Shown here: positions 27,222 through 36,375 of the stretch, piece by piece | Numbering within the stretch: position 1 is the stretch's first letter | Layout: each line of letters begins with the position of its first letter | Source: Deltaproteobacteria bacterium | GTDB lineage: Bacteria; Myxococcota; Kuafuiibacteriia; Kuafuiibacteriales; Kuafuiibacteriaceae | Direction of reading: 5' to 3' | Length of the DNA: 64,000 nt | Assembly (NCBI GenBank): GCA_040218735.1 | Contig: JAVJQW010000062.1 | Span: 1-64,000 of the forward strand | The notes under the pieces: model-generated | Seen by the model: only the letters and a program-made list of their open reading frames with translations | What the model was told of the DNA's origin: nothing | Database searches by the model: none | Position numbers and translations under genes: made by a program

Positions 27222-29210
27222 ATGGACAACCGTGACAACCAGAGGCTCATCGTTCGGATGGGCCTCCTCGCTCCCCTCCTCTTCTTCGCATGCAGTGGTG
27301 ACGACGGCGACGACGATGCTCCGCCGCCGCCGCCGCCGCCCGTCACGAACCTGAAGATCGACGCTTCGGATCCGTGCACCGCCGACGTCCCGACGCCGAC
27401 GGACCTGTTCACGAACGACGACGGCACCACGGAGCAAGGCGACTGCCCCCTCCCCTCGGATCCGCTGGAGGCCGCGATGGCCGACGCGTTCCGAAACATG
27501 GGCGCAGCGACCGACGCCGAGATCCTGATCCCGGTGAACGGTTCGCTCGACCCGCTGTCGCTGTCGTCGACGACGACGTTTGCGCTGACCGGCTCCAACA
27601 CGGGCGGCCCGCCGCCGGTGGTGATGATCGCGCTGACGGGCAGCGCGACGGCCGCGAGCGGCTGGGAGGTCGTGGCGGCGGACGTCCGCTACGTCGAGCC
27701 GAACATCACGATCCGACCGCGCGCGACGCTCGCCGAGGCCCAGTACCACGTCGTCGTCACGACGAACGCGATGCGGGACAACGAGGGCATGAACGCACGC
27801 GTGCAGGTCAGGCCGATCTTCGCGCTGCTCACGGGCACGGAGGCCATCACGGCGTCGTCGCTCGAAGACCTCGACGCGGCGACCGCGGAGCGGCTCGAGC
27901 GCGAGCGCCAGCGGCTACAGCCCGCGTTGGAGATCCTCGAAGCGGGCTCGCCGCCGATTCCGCGCGACAGCATCACGTCGATTCAGGGCTTCACGACCGA
28001 CCCGGGCTACGGGCGGTTCCAGCGGCTCGTCGAGCTGTATTACGACGCGCTGGACGCCGGCACCTACGCGACGGGCACGACCCACGCCACGGTGCCCCGC
28101 GAGGACGTCTTCCTCGGCAATCCGAACGACTACCCGAACGTCGCCGAGGTGCACTACGGCACGGTGACCGCGCCGCGCCTGCTCGGCGACGACGGGCGCA
28201 TCCGCCCCAACTGGCATCTCAACGCCGAGACGATCGAGATCCCGTTCTCGTTCACGGTGCCGACGGGCGAGGACCGCTACCCCGTGCTGCTGTTCACGCC
28301 CGGCTACGGCCGCGGACGCATCGACGTCCGGAGCATCGCGCAGATCGCCTCGGAGACGGGCGCGGCCGGCGTGATGGCGCTCGAGCTGCGCTGCCACGGC
28401 AACCGCTCGCCGGAGCTCGATGGCATCTGCGGCGAGAACCGCTCCGAGGCCGAGGTCGACGCCCTGCTCGACGCGCAGCCCAACAACGGCAACATGCAGA
28501 TCCAGGGCGCCGACGGCATCCCGGACGACAGCGGCCAGGGTTACTTCCCCGGCGACGCCGTGGCCCTACGTGACTCGCAGATGGCGGCGGCGATCGAGCT
28601 GCTCCACGTCATCCGCACGTTGCGGAACCCGTCGAACTTCGACGGGCTGCAGCCGAACGCGGGGCAGATCCACCTCATCGCCCACGGCCAGACGGCGCCA
28701 GCCGCGGTGCTCGCGATCGCCGAGACGGAGTACCCGACGACCAACCTGACGATGTCGATGCCGGCGGGCGGCGGGGACTACAAGAGCCTCGTCCTCGACG
28801 GCCCGAACGCGCTGACGGACGCGTGGGTTGCGTCGCTCCCGCACGGCCTCCTCGAGGCCCAGGGCAGCGCGTACTTCGACTTCGCGAACGACACGCTGTT
28901 CCGTGCAATCGATCTCTCCGTCGCCGGTCCGCGCGCCGCGGACCGCCTCCGCAACGGCCAGACCTTCCGGCGAGGCCTGCTGTCGCACGGGACGGTCCCC
29001 ACGGCCGTGCCGGTCGTCGCGCGTGACGCGCTGGTCGACGCGCTCGGGCTCCCGTCGAACCGCGTGAGCCAGCACGCGCCGCAGTGCGATGACTTCTTCC
29101 TGTTCCCGTGTCCGTTCGGCGACAACCCGTTGCGGCAGGAGGAGTCGATCCGCCAGATGGTGGTGTTCGTGAACTCCGGCGGTAACACGGTGACCACGCC
29201 GTCGCCGTGA
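27222..29210 (+). CDS. Lipoprotein paralog of the upstream lipase, predicted catalytically inactive
   Basis: Lipobox FFAC; collinear motifs LFTPGYG, ALELRCHGNR, DGIPDDSGQGYF..LRDSQ; AHGQT in place of GQSLG and QCDDFFLFP in place of GCHGWILQP. Confidence 0.8.
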   Translation: MDNRDNQRLIVRMGLLAPLLFFACSGDDGDDDAPPPPPPPVTNLKIDASDPCTADVPTPTDLFTNDDGTTEQGDCPLPSDPLEAAMADAFRNMGAATDAEILIPVNGSLDPLSLSSTTTFALTGSNTGGPPPVVMIALTGSATAASGWEVVAADVRYVEPNITIRPRATLAEAQYHVVVTTNAMRDNEGMNARVQVRPIFALLTGTEAITASSLEDLDAATAERLERERQRLQPALEILEAGSPPIPRDSITSIQGFTTDPGYGRFQRLVELYYDALDAGTYATGTTHATVPREDVFLGNPNDYPNVAEVHYGTVTAPRLLGDDGRIRPNWHLNAETIEIPFSFTVPTGEDRYPVLLFTPGYGRGRIDVRSIAQIASETGAAGVMALELRCHGNRSPELDGICGENRSEAEVDALLDAQPNNGNMQIQGADGIPDDSGQGYFPGDAVALRDSQMAAAIELLHVIRTLRNPSNFDGLQPNAGQIHLIAHGQTAPAAVLAIAETEYPTTNLTMSMPAGGGDYKSLVLDGPNALTDAWVASLPHGLLEAQGSAYFDFANDTLFRAIDLSVAGPRAADRLRNGQTFRRGLLSHGTVPTAVPVVARDALVDALGLPSNRVSQHAPQCDDFFLFPCPFGDNPLRQEESIRQMVVFVNSGGNTVTTPSP

Positions 29211-29824
29211 CCGTCCGCCCCCTCCTCGTCGCGTTGACGCTGTCGCTCGTCGCCTGTAGCGGCGACGACGACGACAGCACACCCCTCCCGATGGACGGCA
29301 ACGTCATCGTCGGCATGGACCGCGACGGCGGTCCGCGGGACGCCGGGCCCCCGCGCGACGCCGGTCCGCGACCCGACGCCGGGTTTAGGGACGGCGGCAA
29401 CCGCGACGGCGGGGAACGCGACGGCGGACCCGCTCGCGACGGCGGACCCGCCGACGCCGGTGACGTCTGCAACGTCATGCCCACCGCCACGCTGACGGCC
29501 GAACAGGCGCTTACGGAAGCATCGATGCGCGACGGGACGATCGTCGAGGTCGTCGGGACCGCGACGCGCACGCCGTACGCGTGCACGGACATCCCCTGTC
29601 CGAAGGAGAACCCGTGCTGCAACACGTGTTCGGCGGACATCTCCGTCGAAGGGGTGCTGCCGCTCGCCGCCGACGCCTGCTTCGGACCGCGCGTCGGCTG
29701 CGCGGGCACGGAGTGCGCGCAGACCTGCCAACCCGCGCTGCTCGGGCTGCCGAATCGCTTCGTCGGGCGTATCGTAGACGGGATGCCGCCCCGCCTCGAC
29801 CTGTACCGCGTGACCACCCCGTGA
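29207..29824 (+). CDS. Small Cys-rich lipoprotein with RDGG/RDAG linker repeats
   Basis: Lipobox LVAC, CTDIPCPKENPCCNTC motif; GTGA overlaps at both ends. Confidence 0.85.
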   Translation: MTVRPLLVALTLSLVACSGDDDDSTPLPMDGNVIVGMDRDGGPRDAGPPRDAGPRPDAGFRDGGNRDGGERDGGPARDGGPADAGDVCNVMPTATLTAEQALTEASMRDGTIVEVVGTATRTPYACTDIPCPKENPCCNTCSADISVEGVLPLAADACFGPRVGCAGTECAQTCQPALLGLPNRFVGRIVDGMPPRLDLYRVTTP

Positions 29825-32800
29825 GGCGGACGCTCGCTGCGATCGCCTGCGTGGGGTTGGTGGCGTGTGAGTCACTCGAGCCCCGCGTCCCCGCCGACCG
29901 TCCGACGATCCTCATCGACGCGCCGATCGACGGCGACGAGGTGGAGATCAACGCGACGTTCTCGCTGACCGGTGTCGTGCGTGCGCCCGCGGGTGGGACG
30001 CTCCGGGACGCGCGCATCGTGTTGTCCGGCGCCGCGAACGAGGAACGCACGGTCCCGCTGTCCGGGCGGAACGCCGAGCTGAACGAGGAGCTCACGGTCG
30101 CGCGCGATCGCTTCGCGGGCGTCGACGGGCGCCCGATCGATCTCGTGGTCGTCGCGACCGCGATCGTGGGGACGCAGATCGTCGACAGCGAACCGGTGGG
30201 GCGCACGCTCACGCTCGTGGACCGCACGCCACCTCAGGTCTCGCTGCGACTCACCCCCGGCCTCGGCCGCGACGGGGACTTCGACGAGCGTTACGCCGCG
30301 GGCATGCCCTTCGTGCTCGAGGTCGACGCGGAAGACCGCATCGGCGGCGTGCACCGCATCCGCCTCGAAGCCCCCGCCCACCTCGGCGGTGCGCGTGAGG
30401 TGACGTTCAGCGGCGAGCCGGTCGTGTCGACCGCCTTCAGCTTCGAGCCGGCCGCGCGCGACGACATCACGCTGTCGGTCTTCGTCGACGACGTAGCGCA
30501 GCGCCCCAACTCAACAGGCCAAGCGGTGCGCGTGCAGGTCGGCGAGGGCCCGCTCGACACCGAGCCCCCGCAGGTGGAGCTCGTTCGCCCCCACGTCCTC
30601 GCGTGCGGGCGCACCTCGACCGTCGCGCTCGTCGCGCGCGACTCGGGCGTGGGCGTCGACCGGGTCCTGTTCACCGCGCCCCAGTCGGAGGCGGTCTACT
30701 TCGCGCCGTCGGCGCGCGCGACGTTCGCCGTCACCGCGACGGTCGTCGCGCCGCGCTCGGGGACGATCGAGCTGTCGGCGTCCGCCGTCGACGCCGTGGG
30801 CAACACCAGCTCGGCGACGACGGCGCGGTACACGATCGCCGACACACTCCCGCCGAGCCTGGACCGCGCCGACGTCCTCGCGGCCGCCATCGCGCCCGGT
30901 GAAGACCTCGACGTCGCGCTCACGGCGATGGACGCGTGCACCGACCTCGACGTCTTCGAGATCGCCTTCAACGACGCGCGCGGTGTCCAGCGCACCGGCA
31001 CCGTCCCGCTCGGCGCGCCCTCCGTGGACGCGACGGTGTTCGTCCCCGTGCCGCCCGACCTGTGCGCGCTGGAGCCGATCGCCCTGTCGCCGCGGGTGCG
31101 CGACGCGACGGGGCTCGTCACGACGGGCTTCAGCACCGTGCTCCCCGGCGAGGACCGAACGCGGCCAACGATTCAGGTGAACACGCTGGTGCCGAGCGGT
31201 GGCCTGGAGCCCGGTCAGATCCTCTCGGCCGACGTCGTGCTCTTCGATCCCCAGTCGGGCGTCCGCACCGCGACGATCACCGTGCGCGGGCAGGACCTCG
31301 GTGTCGCGAACCCGCTGTTCGTGCAGGTCGTCGACTTCGCCGTCGCGAACTGCGACGACGTCATGCCGCAGGTCGCGGCGGTGCGAAACCTCATCCCGGC
31401 CGACATTCCATTCAATGGACCCACGGCCGCGCTCATCATCGACGTCGTCGCCGAGGATGGCGCGGGGCTCGTGAACACCGCGCAGGCGTCGGTGCCCCTC
31501 ACCTCCTCGCAGCCCCCCGAGGTGCGTTTCCTCGCGCCCCCCGCCGGCCTCGCGTACGCACCCGGCGCGAGTGAGACGGTCGAGGTGTTCGTGGCCGACG
31601 CGGGCCACCCGGTCGACACGCTGAGCCTCTCCGTGCGCGGGCCGGCGACGCTGCAAGGTGCGGCGAGCTCGACGGTGGCCGTGCTCGCGCGCTCCGCGAC
31701 CGTGGCGTTCACGCTCACCGTCGACGCCAACGCCCCCGCCGACGCCGACGTCGAGCTCATCGCCACGGCCTACGACGGCGCGACGCCGCCCAACGTCGCG
31801 CAAGCGCGCCGCGCGCTGCGGACCTGCGGCAGCGCATCGATCGCGAGTGTGTCCCCTGCGCTCGGCCCGGTCGCGGGCGACCAGATCGTCACGCTCGTCG
31901 GCGACGGCTTCGGCCCACAGATGACCGTGGCGATCGGCGCGTCCTCGCTCGTGGACGTCACCGTCGCGAGCGCCACCGTCGCGACGGCGCGGATCCCCGC
32001 GGGCACCTACCTGGCCGGCACGAACGACGTCACCGTCGCGTGTGACGGCGCGGCGACCTCGGCGACGCTCGCGGACGGATACCGGTTCGTCGCACCCCCG
32101 GTCGTCACGTTGATTCAACCGGAGCCCGGCCTCGTCGTCGCGCCCGGCGCGGACCTGCACGTCGCGATGTCGGCGCGCGCCGACGGCGTTCAGCTCGCGC
32201 TGCTCGAGCTGGCGGGACCCGCGTCGGTGCAGAAGGCACTGAGCGCCCCGTTCGACGTGTTCGACGCGCAGCTCCCAGCGCCGCAGAGCCCCGGGACCGT
32301 GACGATCACGGGATCCGCCACCGACGACCTCGGGCAGACCTCGATCGCGCAGCGCCTCGTCTCGGTGGAGGTGCCGCAACCGGTGAGCCTCGAGCTCCTC
32401 ACCTCCTCGTCGACGGTGGCGACCGGCGCGACGGTCGGCGTACACGTGTTGGTCACGCTGACGGACGGGACCGTCGTGGACCGAACTCCGCAGGCCTCGG
32501 TGACCGTGACCTCGACCGCCGCCTCTGTCGTCGACTCGAGCCGATTGGTTACGGTGTCGCCCGGCGAGGTCACCATCAACGCGACCCTCGGAGCGCTCGC
32601 GACCTCGTCATCGATCGTCGTCGTCGACGACGCCCTCGAGTTCGTGCACCCGCCGCTGTTCATGTCATTCCCGGCCGGGGCGTCGGCCGAGGTCGAGGTG
32701 CACCGATTCAGCCTGGGCAATCGGACCGATGTCACCTCGCAGGTCACGCTGAGCTCCGACGACCCGGCGGTGGTCGACGTCGTTCAGGGCCTCCTGGTCG

Positions 32801-33756
32801 CGACGGGCGTCGGCGACGCCACGATCACCGCTGCGCTCTCGTCGACGATGACCGACACCCTCCACGTTCGCGTACGACGCGACCTCGATGTGGAGAGCGG
32901 CGAGGTCTTCGCGCTCCCGAACAATCAGGCCTTCGCTTCGGGTCGGATCGATGGCCGCGTCGAGGCCCACTGGACCTCCACTGGCGTGACCGCGTTCCGC
33001 TCGAACGCTACGGGCAGCGGCGTCCTCGTGATCAACGGAGCGTTTGTGGCGCACGGGCGCCCCGGTGGCCCCGCCGACGGCGGGCGCGGCGGCTTCGGCG
33101 GCGGCGGCGGGGGAGCCCGCAGCGGTTCTCCGGGCGGAGTCGGCGGCGACGGCGTACCCCCGGGTGATTCCACGGCCTCGAACCCCGCACCCATGTCGCC
33201 GGCCGGGTCCGGCGGCGGGTTCGGCACCGGCGGCCAAGGGGCGCGCGTCGAGGCCACCAGCGCGGGCGCGGGCGGCGGTGCACTCGGCCGAGGCGGCGAC
33301 GGCGGAGGAATTGTCGTCGCGTTCGGCGGCGCCATGTCCACGGTCGTTGGCTCCGGCGGGGGGGGTGGCGGCCACGGCGCGGGTGGCGGCGGCGCGGGCT
33401 CGTCCGTGACCTTCACGTGGAGCCGCGTCGTGCTCGACGGTGTACTCGACTTGCGCGGGGCACCGGGGGGAAGCGCCAACAGCGGTACCCCGGGTGGCGG
33501 CGGCGCCGGAGGCTTCGCGCGCTTCTGGAACGAGCTCGAGGGCAGCGGTGAGGTGATCGTCGCCGGGGGCCCAGGAGGATCTGGCAGCATCAGCGGCGGT
33601 GGCGGCGGGGCCGCCGGACGGATGGTGCTGCTCTTGGGGACACCCGACAGCGCCGCGCACCTCGTACGCGTCCACTATCGCGGAGGTCGCGCGGGTGAAG
33701 GGCCCCTCCCGGGCGAAGCCGGCGCGGCGGGCGGAACCTATCGATCCAGCTTTTGA
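29821..33756 (+). CDS. Giant surface lipoprotein: tandem Ig-like domains, IPT/TIG, Big_2-like repeats, C-terminal glycine-rich domain
   Basis: GTG 29821, lipobox LVAC, repeated D.TPP.V Ig boundaries, SVSPALGPVAGDQIVTLVGDGF (IPT), DVTSQVTLSSDDPAVVDV (Big_2-like), GGGGAGG-rich C-terminus. Confidence 0.85.
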   Translation: MRRTLAAIACVGLVACESLEPRVPADRPTILIDAPIDGDEVEINATFSLTGVVRAPAGGTLRDARIVLSGAANEERTVPLSGRNAELNEELTVARDRFAGVDGRPIDLVVVATAIVGTQIVDSEPVGRTLTLVDRTPPQVSLRLTPGLGRDGDFDERYAAGMPFVLEVDAEDRIGGVHRIRLEAPAHLGGAREVTFSGEPVVSTAFSFEPAARDDITLSVFVDDVAQRPNSTGQAVRVQVGEGPLDTEPPQVELVRPHVLACGRTSTVALVARDSGVGVDRVLFTAPQSEAVYFAPSARATFAVTATVVAPRSGTIELSASAVDAVGNTSSATTARYTIADTLPPSLDRADVLAAAIAPGEDLDVALTAMDACTDLDVFEIAFNDARGVQRTGTVPLGAPSVDATVFVPVPPDLCALEPIALSPRVRDATGLVTTGFSTVLPGEDRTRPTIQVNTLVPSGGLEPGQILSADVVLFDPQSGVRTATITVRGQDLGVANPLFVQVVDFAVANCDDVMPQVAAVRNLIPADIPFNGPTAALIIDVVAEDGAGLVNTAQASVPLTSSQPPEVRFLAPPAGLAYAPGASETVEVFVADAGHPVDTLSLSVRGPATLQGAASSTVAVLARSATVAFTLTVDANAPADADVELIATAYDGATPPNVAQARRALRTCGSASIASVSPALGPVAGDQIVTLVGDGFGPQMTVAIGASSLVDVTVASATVATARIPAGTYLAGTNDVTVACDGAATSATLADGYRFVAPPVVTLIQPEPGLVVAPGADLHVAMSARADGVQLALLELAGPASVQKALSAPFDVFDAQLPAPQSPGTVTITGSATDDLGQTSIAQRLVSVEVPQPVSLELLTSSSTVATGATVGVHVLVTLTDGTVVDRTPQASVTVTSTAASVVDSSRLVTVSPGEVTINATLGALATSSSIVVVDDALEFVHPPLFMSFPAGASAEVEVHRFSLGNRTDVTSQVTLSSDDPAVVDVVQGLLVATGVGDATITAALSSTMTDTLHVRVRRDLDVESGEVFALPNNQAFASGRIDGRVEAHWTSTGVTAFRSNATGSGVLVINGAFVAHGRPGGPADGGRGGFGGGGGGARSGSPGGVGGDGVPPGDSTASNPAPMSPAGSGGGFGTGGQGARVEATSAGAGGGALGRGGDGGGIVVAFGGAMSTVVGSGGGGGGHGAGGGGAGSSVTFTWSRVVLDGVLDLRGAPGGSANSGTPGGGGAGGFARFWNELEGSGEVIVAGGPGGSGSISGGGGGAAGRMVLLLGTPDSAAHLVRVHYRGGRAGEGPLPGEAGAAGGTYRSSF

Positions 33757-33765
33757 GGCGGGCGG

Positions 33766-36339
33766 CTACTTCGCTGCGTAACCCGTGTGCTCGATGAGCA
33801 CCGTCTCCAGCTCCGCCTCGGTCAGCTTCGCGGAGTGTTTCCACACGACCTCGCCCTGCGGCGAGATGAGCACCGTGTAGGGGAGCGAACCGTCGAAGGC
33901 GAGCTTCGGGTCCACCTCGGCCTCCGTGTAGTCGTCCGAGATGCGCAAGGCCGAGGTCGTGGGGACCTGGATCGATTGCATGAACGTCTTCGCGGCGTCG
34001 AGGCCGTCGGCGTCCTCGACCGCGACGACCGTGAAGCGCTGCCCGCGGGCCTCGAACTTGTTGCCGACGCGCGCCATGAAGTCCTTCAGCTCCAGCTTGC
34101 AGGGCGCGCACCACGTGGCCCAGAGGTTCACGAGCGTCCACTTGCCGGGCGCGATGGCGCAGGTCGCGGCGCCGTCCGAGAGGCGCTCCGCGACGAGCTT
34201 CACCTTACCCGAGCAGACGTCCGTGCCGGCCTTCGCGAGCTTCGGCTCCGACGCGGCGGGTGATGCAGCTTCGTTCTTGGCGATCGAATCCAGGAGGAAC
34301 TGCCGGAACTCCTCCGGGTCGTTCGTCGAGCTGGCGAAGGTCCCGAGCACAGTCCCGTCCGCGCGCTCCACCGAGTAGTGCGGCAGCGCCGCCGTCTGGA
34401 AGCGTTCCACCTGCGACAGGCGGTTTCGCTTGTGCTCGTCGCGCCGGCCGTCCGTGTACAGCTCCACCAGCACCATCGTGTTCAGCACACTCGCGATCTC
34501 GGGCCGCGGGAAGACGCCGCCCTCCATGTACCGGCAGTTGGTGCAGTTGAAGCCGGTGTAGTTCACGAAGACGAGCTTGCCCTGCGCCTTCGCGAGGCCG
34601 CGCCCCTCGTCGAGGTCGTGCACCCACGCGAGGGTCGGCTGCGCCGCCGCGCCCCCGCCGCCCCCGCGCGCGACGGCCACCTGGTTCGCGGGCGGCAGCC
34701 ACCCGTCGATCCACCCGCCGAACGTCCGCGCGTTGAACAGCCCCACCGCGAGGTAGATCGACAGCGTGAACATCGCCGCGCCCGAGAGGACCTGCGGCAC
34801 CGACACGCCGGCGTCGGGGCTCGACACGGCCTCGTGGCCGATGCGGATCTTGCCGATGAGGAACAGGCCGCACAGCACGAACAGCGGGATCCAGATCGAG
34901 AGCACGAGATCGCGCGTGAGGATCTCCGTCTCCCAGACGAGATCCGCGTTGCTGAGGAACTTCGTCGCCGCCGCCATCTCCAGGAAGCCAAGCGTCACGC
35001 GCGTCGCCGAGAGCCAGCCGCCCGCCTTGCCCTGCAGCCGCTTCGCGGCCTGCGGGAACATCGCGAGGAAGAAGAAGGGCAGCGCAAACGCCGTCGAGAA
35101 CGAGAGCATCCCGACCGTCGGCCAGACCCACTCACCCTGCGCCGCTTGCACGAGCACGAGCCCGACGAAGCCGACCGTGCACGTGAAGAACACCGTCGTC
35201 GCGGTGAGCGCGGCGATCGCGACGACGAGGTAGTCCCCGATCCCGCCGCCCTTCTTCTGGGCCCCGACGCCGAGCGCCGCGGCGCGGCCGAACTTCATCT
35301 CGAGTTTGTTGACGCCCGACACCAAGAACGCCGGCGGGCGAATCTCGAACAGCCCGAGCAGGTTCAGCGCGAAGAACACCAGCACCGCGCCGAGCACGAG
35401 GTTGAACACCGGGTGACCCGCGAAGTCGCTCACCCCGGTGACGCCGAAGAGGATGGAGATGAGGACACCCGCCGCCGTGTACGCGAGCACCATCGTCAGC
35501 GCGTAGACGCCCGCGAGCCGCGCGCCGCGCGCGAAGTTCTCCTCCGAGTACTTGGAGAAGAACGAGATCGTGAGCGGAATGGCCGGGAAGACACACGGCG
35601 TCGCGAGCGCCGCGAGCCCGAAGCCGAACGCGGCGAGCAGGAACGCGAGCAGGCCGCCCTCCCCCGGCGACGCCTTCTTGGGCTGTTGCGTCGCGACCTT
35701 CGCGGGCTCGGACGGCGGCGCACGCACCACCATCGCCGCGACGGTGAGCTTGCCCCCCGTCAGGGTCGGCGCCGCGGCGCCGGTCGCGAAGTCCGCGACA
35801 GTGAACGCGAGCGGCACCCGCTTGTTCTGCGGGATGCAGCGGCCTTCGTTGCAGATCTGGCCGTCAATCAGGACGTGCGTGCTGGCTTCACCGGAGGCGG
35901 CGTCGTTCGCGACCTGGAAGTGACGCGACAGCGCGACCTTCCCCTCCTTGTACTGCGCGCGGTCGCCCTCGAAGCCGCGGTCGTAGACCATCACCGGCGT
36001 GTCGCCGTGCCAGTCGCCGACGAGCGTGCCCGGCGCGCCCTCCTCGATCGACAGCTCGAGCGGCTGCGGCCCTTCCCCGGGATCGAGGCTCCACAGGTGC
36101 CACCCCTCGGGGACGTCGATCGTCAGATCGAGACGCCCCGTCTCCCCCGGGCCCAGCGCCGAGGGCTCGACCTTCGCGTCGACCGAGATGCTGGGATCCG
36201 CCGCCCACGCCGAAGGCGCCGCGAGCAGTCCCAGGAGCGCAAGAATGGAGGCTCGACCACACACCGCGCTCCACGATCGCCCTTTGGGCCATCGGGAGCA
36301 ACCGTCGAGACGACCCTGGCTGACCCTGACACTGGACAT
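33766..36339 (-). CDS. dsbD: DsbD-type thiol:disulfide interchange protein with extra C-terminal TlpA-like thioredoxin
   Basis: N-domain (PEGWHLWS...QICNEGRCIP), TM domain (TPCVFP...FTCT), thioredoxin NCTNCRYME, second thioredoxin NLWATWCAPCK. The true start may lie further downstream. Confidence 0.87.
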   Translation of the reverse strand: MSSVRVSQGRLDGCSRWPKGRSWSAVCGRASILALLGLLAAPSAWAADPSISVDAKVEPSALGPGETGRLDLTIDVPEGWHLWSLDPGEGPQPLELSIEEGAPGTLVGDWHGDTPVMVYDRGFEGDRAQYKEGKVALSRHFQVANDAASGEASTHVLIDGQICNEGRCIPQNKRVPLAFTVADFATGAAAPTLTGGKLTVAAMVVRAPPSEPAKVATQQPKKASPGEGGLLAFLLAAFGFGLAALATPCVFPAIPLTISFFSKYSEENFARGARLAGVYALTMVLAYTAAGVLISILFGVTGVSDFAGHPVFNLVLGAVLVFFALNLLGLFEIRPPAFLVSGVNKLEMKFGRAAALGVGAQKKGGGIGDYLVVAIAALTATTVFFTCTVGFVGLVLVQAAQGEWVWPTVGMLSFSTAFALPFFFLAMFPQAAKRLQGKAGGWLSATRVTLGFLEMAAATKFLSNADLVWETEILTRDLVLSIWIPLFVLCGLFLIGKIRIGHEAVSSPDAGVSVPQVLSGAAMFTLSIYLAVGLFNARTFGGWIDGWLPPANQVAVARGGGGGAAAQPTLAWVHDLDEGRGLAKAQGKLVFVNYTGFNCTNCRYMEGGVFPRPEIASVLNTMVLVELYTDGRRDEHKRNRLSQVERFQTAALPHYSVERADGTVLGTFASSTNDPEEFRQFLLDSIAKNEAASPAASEPKLAKAGTDVCSGKVKLVAERLSDGAATCAIAPGKWTLVNLWATWCAPCKLELKDFMARVGNKFEARGQRFTVVAVEDADGLDAAKTFMQSIQVPTTSALRISDDYTEAEVDPKLAFDGSLPYTVLISPQGEVVWKHSAKLTEAELETVLIEHTGYAAK

Positions 36340-36375
36340 GGCTTGCGTTCCACCATAACCGGGTGATCCGCGAAC

